Assembly: GCA_973895155.1 (NCBI GenBank)
Contig: OZ316895.1
Location: 4,451,659 to 4,515,658, forward strand
Reading direction: 5' to 3'
DNA from: Marsupella aquatica
Taxonomy: Eukaryota; Plantae; Marchantiophyta
DNA: 64,000 bases
The position numbers and the translations under genes were made by a program. Below, piece by piece: positions 36,441 to 50,775 of this stretch. Each line of letters starts with the position of its first letter. Within the stretch, counting starts at the first letter, position 1. Below the pieces are notes generated by a model, which saw only the letters and a list, made by a program, of their open reading frames with translations, searched no databases and had not been told where the DNA came from.

Positions 36441-37104
36441 ACCAAAATGAAAACAATGTTGGAACTTATCTTGCAACAGAAAATGTAGAATTTTATATCT
36501 ATTACATTCCAAACAACCAAATTAGAAAGTGAAATGATTCTTAAAAGTGATCAAATATACAAAAACTATTTATGCAAGTCATTGAAATCTAATGACAAGT
36601 ATGTGTGAGGAAAGAGCCATTGTTTAGAGGTGCTTGGAGGCAGTTGTTGCAGAGGTATTCGAGCAGAACTTTAAAATGTAGGGCAAGAGGCGGTAAGGAT
36701 TGGTCCATAATGGATCTGTACAGTGGGTCTCGGGTACTTGTTGTGTTCTTGTTCCCTTGGTTCGCACAACAAAAATGAGAGGAACTTGTGCAACGTGAGG
36801 GGTGAAAAGCATATGGACAAAACCCAAGCTTTCTGTACAGATCCATTGTGCACCAATTTCCACCATAGACCATCTTGGCCTACATTCTAAAGTTCTACTC
36901 AAATACCTTTGCAATGGTATCTCAGATACCCCTAAACAATGGCCCTTCCCTTGAAATACTGGACATATACTATATCAAGACTTGTGTTACAAGGTTTTCC
37001 ACATTAGATAACTGTTAAGAATGAATCACTTTTTAGTTGGCTAATTAAGATATAATAGATACCCTTGCTACAAGATAAAATAACAAATTTTGTTCCAGAA
37101 TGGT
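36441..37104. mobile_element. Fold-back/MITE-like element with long diverged inverted arms
   Basis: 36441-36723 is an imperfect inverted copy of 36833-37104 (atggatctgtacag / ctgtacagatccat; ccattgtttag / ctaaacaatgg; gattcttaa / ttaagaatgaatc). The ends are approximate. Confidence 0.6.
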
Positions 37105-40100
37105 TTAGCTATATCAACTTAGTTCACCATTGGTGGCAAGTTTTGGGACTTGAAGTCCCCTCTCCCTCTTGGTAGGGTACTTTGTTGGATCCTTTGGTTG
37201 TCTCACCGTGTGTCCCCTGGTTGGTTGGCCTTGAGACTAAGATTTAACATGATCTCCCTCCTAGTAGTGTCAGTTTCTGATCCCTAGGTGGTCGCCCCAT
37301 GTGGACTTCTCTACAACATTGCAAATGTCTCATCTGTTAGAGCATCTATAGACTACAGCTTCCCTATTCTTTTCCAGTTGGCTACCTTGACCAGAACGCA
37401 ACTATTGGGCAAACTTAATCCAAAGGGTTCTGGTTTGAGAAGGGGTTCAACACGCTCCGAAGAGTCACTTGAGCGTTGACTATCCTTGAAGGGCACCAAT
37501 GCATAATTATTGCGCAAAGTGATTTTTGGTACGGACACTGGTGCACTGAAGGCCCGATGTTGATGATCACATTTGGCAGGAACCACAGATTTCTGGTAGG
37601 TGACCTGGCCTGCAGCATTTTGAAAAAACTCCATTCACCACCCCAATGCTCTCTCTGCCATTTGACATTTTAATCCTTGTGATTTTTCCGTAGGACTTTG
37701 TTTGACACCAGGAGAGATACTCCTTACCTTCCACCTTGGAGGTAACCAGACCATGTTCAGATACTGAGCACTCAGGTTACTAACAATTTAATTCTTTGTG
37801 CAGCTGAAGCACTGGACATCTGGGCATGCATTGTATCTAAATGATTCCTCTTATTAGTAAATGCTACCTTGGCTAAGTATACAAAATTATGTGTCCTCTC
37901 TACAAGCAATCTATTGCTAACCACCATAAAGGGGTATATACTGCCTCCTACATTAATTAATCTAATTCATTCTCCTCATTCCTTTGCGTGCACTTTGATT
38001 TCTAGTGGACCAGGTTCAGACATTTTCAAGCTTATGAGAGTACTCTCAGGGACCCATGTGAAGGAAAATTACTGACACCACTAAAGAGAAACAAGAATTC
38101 CAATCAAGTCTACTTCTGAACAAACATTGTAGTACTGGATGCTCCAGTCTTTGGCACAACCTTCGATCATGGAGTCTTTCCACGACTTGTATTCAGGTAT
38201 GCTGTAAAGTGCAAGCATTCGTCCACTTGTGTGTGTTGCCTATGAGATCAATATTGGTAAACATGATTACTGGGCAAGATGTCTCCAGGACGTGTTCACC
38301 GAAGCACTGGACAAAGACTATACAGTGAGTCCTGATTTGGAGTTGAGCAGAATTAGAAAATTCCTCCTCTGTGGAAATGGTAGACACCTTTTGACATACC
38401 TTGAGTCATGAACTCAAACAAGAATGAAGGACTTTTTAAGAGTGACGGCCAGACCTTTTATGTGTGATCCATCATGATCCTGTCACGGCAATGAATAGAG
38501 AGTTCACAGAGCGTTTGATTTAGCCAGTCAGTTGCAATAATTAAATGTTAATGCCAGCTTGATGGGCCATACAACTTTAAGGATTAGTAGCCAACTTATG
38601 TACTGCAAGGAGAACTGAAATTTCCATCTCAAGATTCTAATGATCATGATTATGAGGTCACTATAGCGCAGAGACCTGATATCTTCGTAATCTTTACCGT
38701 GCTAAAGTTCAAAAAAATGTAAGCTGAAATGAGTATTTAGCTCTACGTAAGCAGACATCGTCCCACTTCAGCACCGGGAAGAGTGTGAACCTGTCGTCAA
38801 GAACTCTGGGGGTAATTCGCATTTCTACCAGAGCTCTTTCATGAGTTGTCTAGTTGACAGCCTCCTCTGCATTCTATGCCACACCGGAGCCTCCTTTGAT
38901 TGTTGCAATGCTGTTGACAAAGTTGACCTGCAGGACAATATACTCCTTTGAGTGGAAAGGAGCCTGAAGTGTAAATGCTAGTCTTTGGTAAACAGGCAAC
39001 CTATGTTTTTTTGTCTCATGTTATTTGAATCAAATTTGATTGAATAGAAGCTTGTAGGACAAAATTTCATACCGGCTGGAAGTGACTATCACTGAATGTC
39101 ACAGAGACTTCCCATCTATCATTAATCTTCTCTAAGATCCTGCTCAAAATTGAGATGAGAGAGTCACAGAGTGATTTAAAAAGAGCACAACCCATAACAG
39201 ACATTTTCTAATTCCCAACTGGACCACCTTTTGATTAATTCAACGAACCTTGGAAGGGGTTCTCCACAACCAGGCATTGGCATGGACACTAAGTACGGCC
39301 CCACATAATCTAGGAATGAACTTATGGGTGGGTGGTGGCCGTTGAGCTCAACCTTCAGAGTCTTTTTGAGATAGCCTGCAATGTCCAAAATTCGTTTGCT
39401 CATCAACGAGTTATGTTGATCCATTCCGTAACTAAATTCTAATGCTTCTGAATCCTTTCCAATTCTCTCCAAGTCTCTCTTCCTTTTCCTCAATCTTCGG
39501 CTTGACAATGATCTCCATTGAAGTCGTGCTCGGGGGTTTCACTTCCACAAAAATGGCATATCACGTGCGACGAAGGATAGGGTCATTTTATTGGTTATAA
39601 GGGAAGACTTAAGAATTTTTGTAGAAGAACAATAGGGTCTTTTAAATTCAATTGTGAGACTTATAAGAACATTAGGGCCTTTTTAATCCAATTTTATAAT
39701 ATTCCAAGAATATTCCAACTTTATAGGGGTTAAAAAATAATATTTTTTCTTACATTTTAGGGGGTCCAAGGCCTAAAAACATCGCAGGTGATGGGGAGGT
39801 CCCCATGTAGTGAGACCCCCGAGAAGTCGTGGTTTCTCATTTGCTGGAGTTGATTTTCCGGCTATTAGGCATTCTTCACACCACAAATCGATCTTCATTT
39901 CAGGACCATGCAAAACCAAATCATTTAGAAATTTACAAGGAGATGGAATGCTGGCCATCCCCCCTGTCATCCAAGGTTCTGGCAAGGGACATTTCATTTC
40001 ACTGGGTTGTTCCCCATGTCACTCTTTATTTCTCCCTGCACATACACGGACGGACAGAGCCCTCACGAACTTGGGAAGAGATAAACACACCAGTGCAACA

Positions 40101-42904
40101 CAGGTGCGACCCAAGTTTAGGGCAGGGATGTGCAGATTGGGTTACGAGTCACGAGACTGCTCACTCCACAATGCCATCAACCCACAATGCCATTCAAGCT
40201 GAAGAAGTCATGTAGTCTGTGTATTCAACGCCCGATTCAACGTCCACTTCTTACGAAGTATTACACTCAGAATGTTGCGGTTTTGTAACGAACTTTGTTT
40301 TCAAGCTTTCTTTGTGTCATTTTGGGTACATTATATACAATGTGCATGTGATGTGATTGAGTTCCTATTGTTGTTCATTCACTTCTTGGAGCTCAATCTG
40401 GCATCGCCACCACAACTTTGCAACATTTCCCTGTAAACCATGGATAATTGCACACTAACGGGACATTTAACAAGAGATACAAATCAGACACACTTTTCAA
40501 TAAGTACAAATTTAGGGGATTATTAAGCAGTGCAGACCCTGGGTTAGTGCACATTGGGTCCGAGAGTGGGCACTGAAAGAGTTAACTGCAGTTTGATTCA
40601 AAACAGGTCCCTACAAATTACCATTATGTATACTGAACTGCAAAAGAACAAAAGGCACATAACCAGTAGGATCCACAGGCAAAAGTCCCAATCAAAGGGG
40701 GGCAATCACAGAGCCAAAAAGCCCAGTTGACCCAAGACTAAGACTTAAAACCTTATCTATAGACAAACTAAAGAGCCTGGTAGAGATTAGATTCAATTGT
40801 TCCCTGAACAAAGTTTCCACTTTTCTGAAGAAAATGGAGCCTTGGCAGTTGAATCAACGGCAGGATTATTTCATATCACAGGAAAAAAACCTCATAAACT
40901 GCAGCCGACTTCTTCTAACTGATTGAAGCCTTTCTGTTGAAAATAGTACTAAACTTTTGGTCATTCACCCTCAATGGAAGGCAACTTTTGATCTAGTACA
41001 GACAAGAACCTTCCCCAGTAGCAATCTTGTGTACCACATGGGTCAGCTCACTTTAAAATTGATGCTGTGCCATCAAAGTCCAGCAACTGCCTTTCTGTCC
41101 TGCAAAGTACTCGGTACAAACCATATAGAGGACCATTAAAACTATGCTGCAATCTACTATATTGTTTACAATTCTACTCCTCGTTGTGCACTTAAGAGAA
41201 AACAGATTTTAACGAAAGCTCATACATTATGAGTCCGATTTTCTTTTTCCCAGTGTGGCTAATGTCACCTTGTGTGAAGGAGAGGCGTTAAGAATATTAT
41301 CTACTTTTACTAGATTAATTTATGACCAGCACATCTCCTTTGATCTCAGGATGACCATTAGATTCTGGCTAATGGAAGACAAAAACCTGGTGAAGTTTTG
41401 CCAAAAGGGGCAAAAACTTTCTAGAGTGGTGGAATCTAGCAAAATTTCAACCACTACAAAAAAGGGTGAGTTAAAGCTTCAAGTTCGACTTTTTTTCACA
41501 GGACAGTGTCTATCTTGTCAGAGAGTGGATTTACAAGAAGTAGAGGACACTTGTGACCTTTTATCACCAGAGCAAAGACGAGGGCCACTGTTTCAAATAT
41601 AGACTAGTCACCATGATCTTCTGAAATGAAGTTTAATAAACGGAGATCCCTTGAATAAAGGAGCCAACTCTCCCATCACTTTCCCCTATATTAGTATATT
41701 GGGTTGCTTTGCATTTGGGACGTGTCTCCAGGTTTGGCTTTTTTGTTGTTTTGCAAAATCATATCTACTTTCAGTTCAAGTTCTGAAGCCAACTTTTGCC
41801 TTTTCCTCTAATATACAGTCCAAATTACATGAAACCCTGTGCCCCCATGTCTTGCAAACCACCCTAAGTGCAGGCTGTTGGGATGACATCCCAAGCCTGC
41901 AGTTATCCCAGGTATGCACTGCCCAATAAATGAGTTAAGTATATGCTCTCCTGGACATGTGCATGATTACAAAACTGTAACATGTGTAGTTTGAGCACTT
42001 AAAGAAAAGAGATTAGGGGCTTAATGACCTCCATGGTCAATACTTGCCCTCTCAATCACTCGGGTTTGGGGTTTGGCATCACAATCTGGAATTGCTATGT
42101 CATTGTGAACTCGCTGTCCTGTTTCCAAATTTTAGTGTTGTAGTACACTAGAGTTTGCATAAGAGCCCTCACTAAACAACAACATATGGACACTAAACAA
42201 CAAATCCATAAGTGAATTTGACTCTCTAAATCTAAACATGCATTTATCAGTTAGTGCAATGCATGCATAAGAAGCATTTATTGATATTAAGAGCAAAAAA
42301 TGCCTACTAAAGTAGTTGCATGCACTTATCCAGCTGAATCAAGCAAAATGAGGGCTCAGGGTGTGAGGAGTTGATTTGTGTGACCTGGCAGCACAACAGG
42401 GAAGTGCACATGCAATTTCACATGCACATATGGAAAAACGAATTTCCATATCCCTCTTCATAATGCCCTCTAACCAGTATATTATCACTATTCTTCTTCA
42501 CTTATGGATCCACAGATTTCAGTCTAATCGATCGTCAATACTCGATGAGTTTAATTCAGTCCATCATTCTACTCATCCAGTACGAGTCACGTGCTTCTAA
42601 ACTCTAAAGCCTCTTCCAATCCTGCAGAGAGCAGACGAAGAATTGAATAGAATTGGAGGCTGGCTGACCATGTGTGCCGACGAAGAAACGCAGCAAGTCT
42701 CCAAACCTGGAAGACTTGGTGGTCAAGGCACGAAAGTCTTCCCTAGTTAATAAAGAATAGCGAATAGGATATCCTCAAGTACAGCAATATAAATGCAGTA
42801 TTGTACACTTTGCATCGATAAAATCTCTTCGGTGGACCCAGAACACCTCACCTATTAAACCGTGTTTCGGTTTGACAGAAAAAAGAGGAAGATTTCTAAA
42901 GTCT

Positions 42905-43140
42905 GACCAAACAAGCCAAACAAAGAAAAACAAAAACGAGACAGATCATACGCGGACCAAACAAAGCCAAACAAAGCCAAAAAAAACGAGACAGATACGC
43001 GGACCAATCAATGCCGAACAAAGGAAAACAAGACGAGACACATAAGCGGACCAAACAATGCCGAACAAAGGAAAACAAAAAAAGATAAGCCTCGGACCAA
43101 ACAATGCCGAACAAAGAAAAACAAAACAAGACAGATAGGC
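42905..43140. repeat. A-rich minisatellite, ~45-55-bp unit x5
   Basis: Recurring ggaccaaacaa(a/t)gcc(a/g)aacaaag..aaacaa...agacagata. Confidence 0.85.
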
Positions 43141-44336
43141 AGTCCACCCGCTTTAGGGCTGAGGCAGTTGATTTTAATTAGTCCCTCGAAAGTTCCGTTT
43201 CGTGACTTTCATATGCGGTTTCGTGACTCTCATGCATATGCGGTTTTGTGACTCATGCATATACGGGTTATTCCGGAGCTGTACCAGACTTCAGTTACTC
43301 AATAGTGTGTTAGTTTTCACTACTCCTTTGTTGGTTATTTTTTGGTTTTAGGGCCTCTAAAGTTTAGTTTTGTGACCTTCCCAATTTACTCGGGAGCTCT
43401 GACTACTAGGCTTTTGAGTTAGTAGACTCCTTTGTTAGTTATTTTTTGGTCTTTATTCCTTAGTCCCCTTTTGGTTGGGACCCTTGGCTTGTTTTTCTTG
43501 GGGCTCTTTTTACTCCCTTCATTGGGTTAATTTGCCATTGGGACCATGTCTCCCAGGTTCACCCTTTTTTGCCCTTGGGCCCGCTTTCCATGTGCTGATG
43601 AGATCAGACTGAGCCCCATGTCACATTGAGCGAATGAGGGGCTTTACGTGCATTGCCGCCATTGTGTATTTCATGAGCTCACTTCGAGGCCTCTTCCTCT
43701 TGAAGCTCAATAGACTACCGTACATAGCTCATCGGGCTTCAGCTTAGAGCTCTAGAAATCTCTATAAGAATTTATGCATCCGTGACTTTGGCTGTAGATG
43801 TGCAAGTTTGAAGCTCGAGCAATAGGAAGGCGTCTAGCCTCGAAGTGTGTCGATTAAGACGAAGGGGTATAGAGTGACTTCGTTCTCCATCACGGGAATG
43901 GAATCGTGAGCGCCGCATACTTATTGCCAGCGAGAGAAGGGAGGCCCGTGCGACAATCTTCCAAATAGGGACTTTGGTCGTACTACCCATTCCCAGAGAG
44001 AGAAGGGAGGGTAAAACAATCGTCCGGATATATAACCTGGAGTTTGGTTGCAGGTGTCTTATTGAGTTTCGGAAGCCAATTGTGGCGTTTTGGCAGATGA
44101 GTTGGAATCAGAGCTAACAGCTCTAATGCTGGGCAATTAGTAGGCGCATGTCGGATGCTGTTGTGATCGATCGTGTAGCGACAGTCGGAAAATCTTCAGG
44201 AGAGAAGTGTTCGACTAGCTAGGTCTCCTCGAAAATATATCATTTGGTACGTGAACGTTGGGTACCAGAGAGTTGGACTCCGAGCCAGCTAGTTCAGAAG
44301 AGAGGAAAACCCACTTAATCAGGATCTAGGGGATCC

Positions 44337-45398
44337 ATGGCCGTCATGAGGAAAGAGCAGAAGGAAATCGATCGGCTCGGGCCTGTTGGTATCATACGAG
44401 AGGCGTTCAAGCTCTTGTCGAGCTACTTCAATTTCTTCATGAAGATTCAGCTCACGTTCCTGCTACCGTTGGCAGCACTCGCGACCCTGCCAACAGGATA
44501 CGTGCTCCACCTGAGGGTGAATCTAGGTGGACCACCAGCAACTGCTCGTGCTCCACATCTGCCAAGCAACTCCGGTGCCTCGTTCCCTGGAGGCACACCG
44601 GTGCTCCACTTGGGCGTTGTCTAGGGCGTTGCCATGGTTGCTTTACTTCTCGTCTGGGCTGTCTTTACCATTTTCATGGTGGCTCTTGTGAGCCTGGCTT
44701 CAGCGGCCATTATTTACGCAGTAGGGCTCCATTACACAGGCCAAAGCGTCTCTTTCAACGATGTGGTCCGTGCTACCGTGCCCCGCTTGTGGATGCGCCT
44801 GACCATCACCGAAATATATAAGATTTTGCTCCTCTGTGGCATGTTGATTACGCAACTCGTGGGTTCTCTTCTCCTCTACTACCATACGGCCCTACCGTTG
44901 ATGTTGTTGGGAGTGGCAGTGCTTGGAATCCTGTCGATTATCGGGTCGGTTTATCTGGAAGTCACGTTCCTGCTCGCTGCTGGAGTAGCCGTTCTCGAGA
45001 ATGATTATGGGTGGGCAGCTGTGAGGAGGACTCCGAAGCTTCTGAAGGGAAGAGTACGCGTAGCACTCTTGTTTCAGCTGCTGTTCATAGTGCTCTCCGT
45101 CCTCGTACTCGGATTACAGCGCGCTTTCCAATCCCAGTCTATCGCCAAGGGGAATTATTCACCAGCGAGTGTCACTGCATTTGTCATCATCACTGTGCTT
45201 TATATTTCTTGCACGAGCTTTCTTTGGCAGCTACGCGCGGTGTGCACGGGCGTTCTATATGTGTCCTTCAAGGCTTATCACAACGAAGACCTTGCTGAAT
45301 CTATCTTCGAAAAGGCGATTGAGGTGGAATATGAACGTGTTGGAAGCGGGACTAATGACGCCAAGCTAGGCGGACAGAAAGCAGAATCTCTCGTTTAG
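44337..45398 (+). pseudogene. Paralog of the 33677-34864 membrane protein, interrupted by one in-frame TAG
   Basis: The 95-aa and 254-aa ORFs are in the same frame, separated only by TAG (44622-24) plus GVA. Shared motifs LGP..I.REAF, LWMRL.IT, AVLE..YG.AA, LWQL..VC.GV.YVSFKAYH.E. Confidence 0.75.
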
Positions 45399-45727
45399 GC
45401 AGTTTTCATTCTCTACAGTTAGTAGTGAAGTATCAGATGAGGTCGGAGAAAGGTGTATTTGTGTTCACACTAACTTGACCCACCTGTAAGTAATGTAAAT
45501 TCGGAACTCTTAAACCAAGGACAAACGTGCCTTTCATTGAATCTTACGCCACTATGCTTCTATTCCAATCACGAAATCAGTATAACTCTAGCCATTTTGC
45601 CCTCTGCCTGGATTTCTATTCAAGGCTGATATGTAATAACGTCAGGAAAACATGTCCTCCTTGACTTGTTTTTTATTGATCTGTAGAATAATAGCATTAT
45701 TTTGCATTTTGCTTTGTAATTCTCTAT

Positions 45728-48700
45728 ACAGAGCAACCTTGGATCAATTTGATTCACAAGCTCAAGTACTCAAACTTAAGCCAGGATGGTCCACCATGTG
45801 GACACAGTGCTTCCATGTATCACATTTGGTGGTCCATGGGAGTTCGTGGCTCATAACTTGATGATTATGAGTCCCTCAAATAATTTTTTCTTTTTCACTT
45901 AAAAAAACATTCAAGCCCGATACTGCAGACTAACACAATGATGATGAATCTAATGGATGTAAGACTTTGACCTAAGATATAGTACACTCCAACAATTACT
46001 ATACAAAATGCGGCTCGCTTTAAAAATCGTTCTAACCAAGTTCACTACTGTAGATAGCAAATGAAACTTACAGTGTCATTAACGCGGGCCAACTGAGCAA
46101 GTGGTCCCGTCAACTTTGTGCACTCAGAGCCACAGACAACAAGCAATGCATGAAGGTTCGATGATATGAAGGTTCGCTGCCGTAGCTTTGGGAAAGGAGG
46201 TGCTGATCAGCCTCGAGCGCTGCTTCATGATAAGGAGGTGCATGATACTCCCTGTGAGCCGGATAGTTGAGCACCTCGGTACGCAGAGCCATGTCGATGA
46301 TCTTCATATTGAGGAAACCTTTCAGCTGTAGTTCGACGGCCATCAGGGAAAACAATATAAACAAGAGATTTTGAGTTGCTCGAAGTACTGATTTTTGGAA
46401 TGGAGAATTGCGATTGAAACCAGAGAGGATCCAACACTGAAGTATGCCAGGGGGAAAAGGTACTTAAGTTGAAAATTGACCCGGACTGGACGAGGCTCAA
46501 ACACAATTTCAGGGCGGAAGTTTCATGGGAGGTCATATTGGACTTTCAAGTAGCTTTCACAATTATTCCCATCAGTTAGAAAGAATTCGAAAATATCATG
46601 CATTAATTTAACATCAGTTTTAGCTTTGAAAGTTGAGGAGCTCCTGAAAAGAAAAATTAATTTGGTTTTATTTCCGAGTTCCAGCCCTCAAAACAAAGAA
46701 GAAGATAAGTAACGAATTTCGTCACAAAATCTTATTTTTTTCTTTGTATTATGAAGTAGCCAAAACAAATTTTGGGTAAGAAGTTGCGAAAATTCACGGT
46801 CACCTAAACAAATATATGGGCTGGATCCCCGGGTCAACTTTTACCACAGTGCGTTTGGAATATGCCCTAGCAAAGGACTTGAAACATTGCTAGATGAATC
46901 TACGACGGGAATGTCCGAGTCCGATAGATCTATGCTCAGACCAAAACAGAGGTGGGTTAAATAATTCCGTCTACAACCCAAGTCATGTTGATTGTATGCT
47001 AGTATCCAATACTTCCTCTGAGTACGACTTGGATGATCGAATCGATACAGATTACTAGACACACATGCATTCAAAGGGAGGCACAGTATGCTACAAAGCA
47101 AAAGACCTGTTGGTCTGAAGCATGATGTTCTGACAATTCTTTATGGGAGCCCGGGTAGCCTTCATGGCTGAAGTGTGATATGGTAAGAATGCAATTACAA
47201 GAAGTCAAATTGCACCCGGAAGATGCTCTGCAACTCTCCACATTAAATGTCAATTGAACTCGAAAGCGACACGTGCTTACTCCAGACATCATTCCTGAAC
47301 TTCCACTTACCCAGGGAAAACGAGTCTTATATATATACTCACAGCATTGACATGCAAAATCCAGAATCACGACCCCCCGGCAAAGGTAAAGATTTGAGGT
47401 TATCCATTGGATCGACGCATACTGTTCAATTAACAACGCAGTGCAATTCACTCACGAATATTTTCACTCAACTGTAGTCTCCTTTCACGAACGCACGATG
47501 GAAACAAATGCACATCCAATCTACAACCATCCCTTGACCGCTATTCAGTAGTAGAATGGGGTCTTTGGGCTACCATTCTGAACATTTCCCTATATATCGA
47601 TCACACTCAGAAAAGTATGCAGAGTCATATGTTGTATGACGGGAGACCGCGCAAACTCAGTAGTCAGGAGGACGACTGTCGATCGATCAATGGTCCGAAC
47701 GATTCAGCAATTCCCACAAGAAAATATATGCGGGACCAACGTGAAGTGCTACGCCTGGATTACAAAATAATGCTGGATCAGTCTGTTGTAATCTATACCA
47801 TGCAATACGTGGTTTTGTCTAGCTTCCATTCCACTGACTAGTCAAGTAAGTATGAACCAGAATCAGAAGAATTTCTGAAATCCTGATCCAGGACGGAGAT
47901 ACTTTTTATTTGTGACGGCAAGTTAAGTAAGTAACGTGTTTCCAAGAACAAAATCAGCGTCTAGCTATTCTGAGCTTCAGTGGCTGACTACGTGAAGGTT
48001 TCGAGATTCGGTTCGTCTTTGTTGAATGTGGCACATCGAAGTATCATGTCTCCGAACGAAGATATTAAGAAGTGGACAATCCCGGCCGCGGGAGCTTATT
48101 GAATTGGGATTGCTGCAAGAATGAGCCCATGCACTCGTATTCGATTCTAGAATATAGAACTAGCTAGTACGAACGATTTCCCAAAGCGGCGAGATGATAC
48201 GTTAGTCCAATGTCGAACAACTCCGGCCCCGCTTATTAATTTTTGGAGCAGAGGAATTTTTCGCGCTAGAATCACATTCAGAAGCGGAAGTGAAGTCAGC
48301 ATATGTTAGATAACGGAGACGACGGAAGCTCACCCAGTGGTCAGGAGGACGACTGTCGATCAGCGGTCTAACAATTTAACAATTCTCGCTGTACATAAAA
48401 AGAGTTAAACAAACATACATGATTGCAAATTTCAGACAAAACAGATGACACACACGACTCATCGTGCAAAAACAACTCCGAACATTGAACGCTAAATCAC
48501 TCAGCTAGTAGAATGGGGTCTCCGGGAACCCAAATCTCAGCGACATCTGACGCTTTTGCGCATTAAATACAGTAGGTCACTTACAAGGAAGGTTAGGAGA
48601 TCTCGGTGAGGCATAGAAAGCCTAAGTGGCCTCTGTCGACTGAATGTCGTCCGCTTGTTGGCTGCTTCGGTCTCAACGCCGTCGATGGGGTAGGACACGC

Positions 48701-50638
48701 GATGCTAGCTTCTCTCGGTTCTATCCAGAGTTTAACATAGTGCCTTAACGTGAGAACCAAACTTCGATGAACACGGAAGTCAATCTAAGAAACTTTTGAG
48801 TTAGTCCAACTACGGAATTGTGGAACGGAGAGTAGGTCACCTGAGAGGATAGATCCAGAGCAGCCGCAGTAGGCACGAGAATCTCATTAAACCAAGAGCT
48901 GTACATCGAACATGAAGCTCAGTTGGATCGACGCTGAGTAACTCAAGCCAATCGATCATCCTCGTAGCTTTGCGGCTAAAGAATAGCTGAATCAATGCCA
49001 GATCGATCACTTAGGTTGTTCCACTCGGTCCGGTAGACTAGATTGTATTTCGATTCACGTACTACTGTAGCAAATTCGGAGTGTGCCGCCTACGACATCG
49101 CTATCAACCTTGAGGAATAAGGAAGAGGATCGATTAGAGAGCCCGAAAAACAGATCTGAGTCAGCTGGAGCCGATAACTAGATGAAGCCGAACAGATGAA
49201 GCCGAACGGACGGCTCGTTTGTGGGGACGTACAGATGCGGACACCGATCTCAGGCCTGGATGGAATGCGGACAGACAGGAAAGCAGGGAAATGATCCCAA
49301 TCTTTCCTTCTTTTCTCTCAAATCTAGGATCCACATACCAGCCCGAACCAACGAATGTCAGCATGACTTGGGCCTGATGATGCTTCTGGACAAACCACTG
49401 ATTCCTCGAGGATTGCAGGTCAGGATTGTCAAGGAAAGAGGGAAAAAGGGGACAGTTTCCTTTCTCCAATCCGCCAGCATTCAATCCAGGCCACAAACGA
49501 GCCCTCCATTCATCTGTTCGTCGAGTGGCTCGGCATCGTATGGTACTCGTTCTAATTATCGGCTGCAGCTGACTCAGACATGATTTTCAGGCTCTCTCAT
49601 CGACACTTTTCCCTATTCTTCAGGGTTAATATCCCGACGTCTCAGACATCCCATTCTCAAAGTGCTACATCACTGAAACAAACTACAATTATCTAGCCTT
49701 ATGGACTGAGTTGAACAACCTACGTGATTGGTCTAACATAGATTCAGCTATTCTTTCACCGCAAACTACGAGGACGATAGATCGACCTGCTCGATTGTGT
49801 TCTGGATACAACACAATCAAAAGGATCTTAATATACACATCGGCAGACACACATGAGTCCCGAACAGACACGTTTCTCTCAGCGGGATAACTGCGGACCC
49901 AAACTGCGAGCAGCTGGAATAACTAGTCAGATTAAACGACTCAAATTTCGCGAGCGGCTAGAATAACTAGTCAGACTAATCGACTTGCGCGAACTTTCTA
50001 GCAATTCGAGTCGATCATGATTCCCGTTGCAAATCGTGAGGGGCTGGCGAGCAAAATACGAGCCGTTTAATCTGAGTACCGTAGCCATTCGAGCCGATGA
50101 TGAATTCCGTTTCAACCTAGCAACTTCGAGTCGATGATGAATTCCGTTTCAATCTAGCTGCAATTCGACGTTGCAGTCGGACTATTTTGTTCCATTTCAA
50201 CTTCAGCACCGGCATCCTTGCGAGCTAGCAGCAACTCGACGTTGTAGCCAGTGGGACCATCGAGTCGATGATGAATTCCGTTTCAATCTAGCTGCAATTC
50301 GACGTTGCAGTCGGACTATTGTTCCATTTCAAATTCAGCGCCGGCTACCTTGCGAGCTAGCAGCAACTCGACGTTGTAGCTAGCTAGTGGGACGTACCAT
50401 TTGAAATTCACCAGCGCTACCAAGCATGGCAGCCGCTGGAGCCGAAGCTACGAATAGCACGCTGCAACGCCAAGCGGCCCGAGACGTTGTCGATTTTTGA
50501 ATTAACCTTCCAGTATATTGAACGGAATGCTCGTTGCTCATGGAGCGGGACAAAACTCGTGGAACACAAAACGAAATCCGATGAAGTTCACTGATTCTCC
50601 ACACGCGTACTCTTCAGTGGCGTATACGGTTAGTATGA
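45728..50638. repeat. Copy 1 of a ~5-kb diverged tandem segmental duplication
   Basis: Colinear with 54881-60117 throughout (e.g. gcagagcctcgagcgctgc-like block, cttgaaacattgctagatgaatctac, cagaagcggaagtgaagt, gaacggaatgctcgttgct), with many indels. Confidence 0.9.
48951..49785. ncRNA. ~830-nt imperfect fold-back, candidate MIRNA/hpRNA precursor (copy 1)
   Basis: The arm at 48951-49330 is the imperfect reverse complement of 49420-49785. The structure is retained in copy 2. Confidence 0.45.
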
Positions 50639-50775
50639 GAATACGACTCCGCATATACATGAGAAATAGGACTCCCCATATACATGAGAATAGGACTCCC
50701 CATGTACATCACTGCCTGGTAACCACACCTCAAAGTGTTAATAACCACACGCCTGGTAACCACACCTCAAAGTGT

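Noticed and set aside
37200-41150. Possible LINE endonuclease and RNase H remnants on the minus strand (CDH-like near 37570; N..VD..AK near 40850)
   Set aside because: Too degenerate to call without a profile search.
48951-50400. Hammerhead ribozyme or miR319-type precursor in the hairpin region
   Set aside because: There is no CUGANGA...GAAA core conserved in both copies and no miR159/319 mature sequence.
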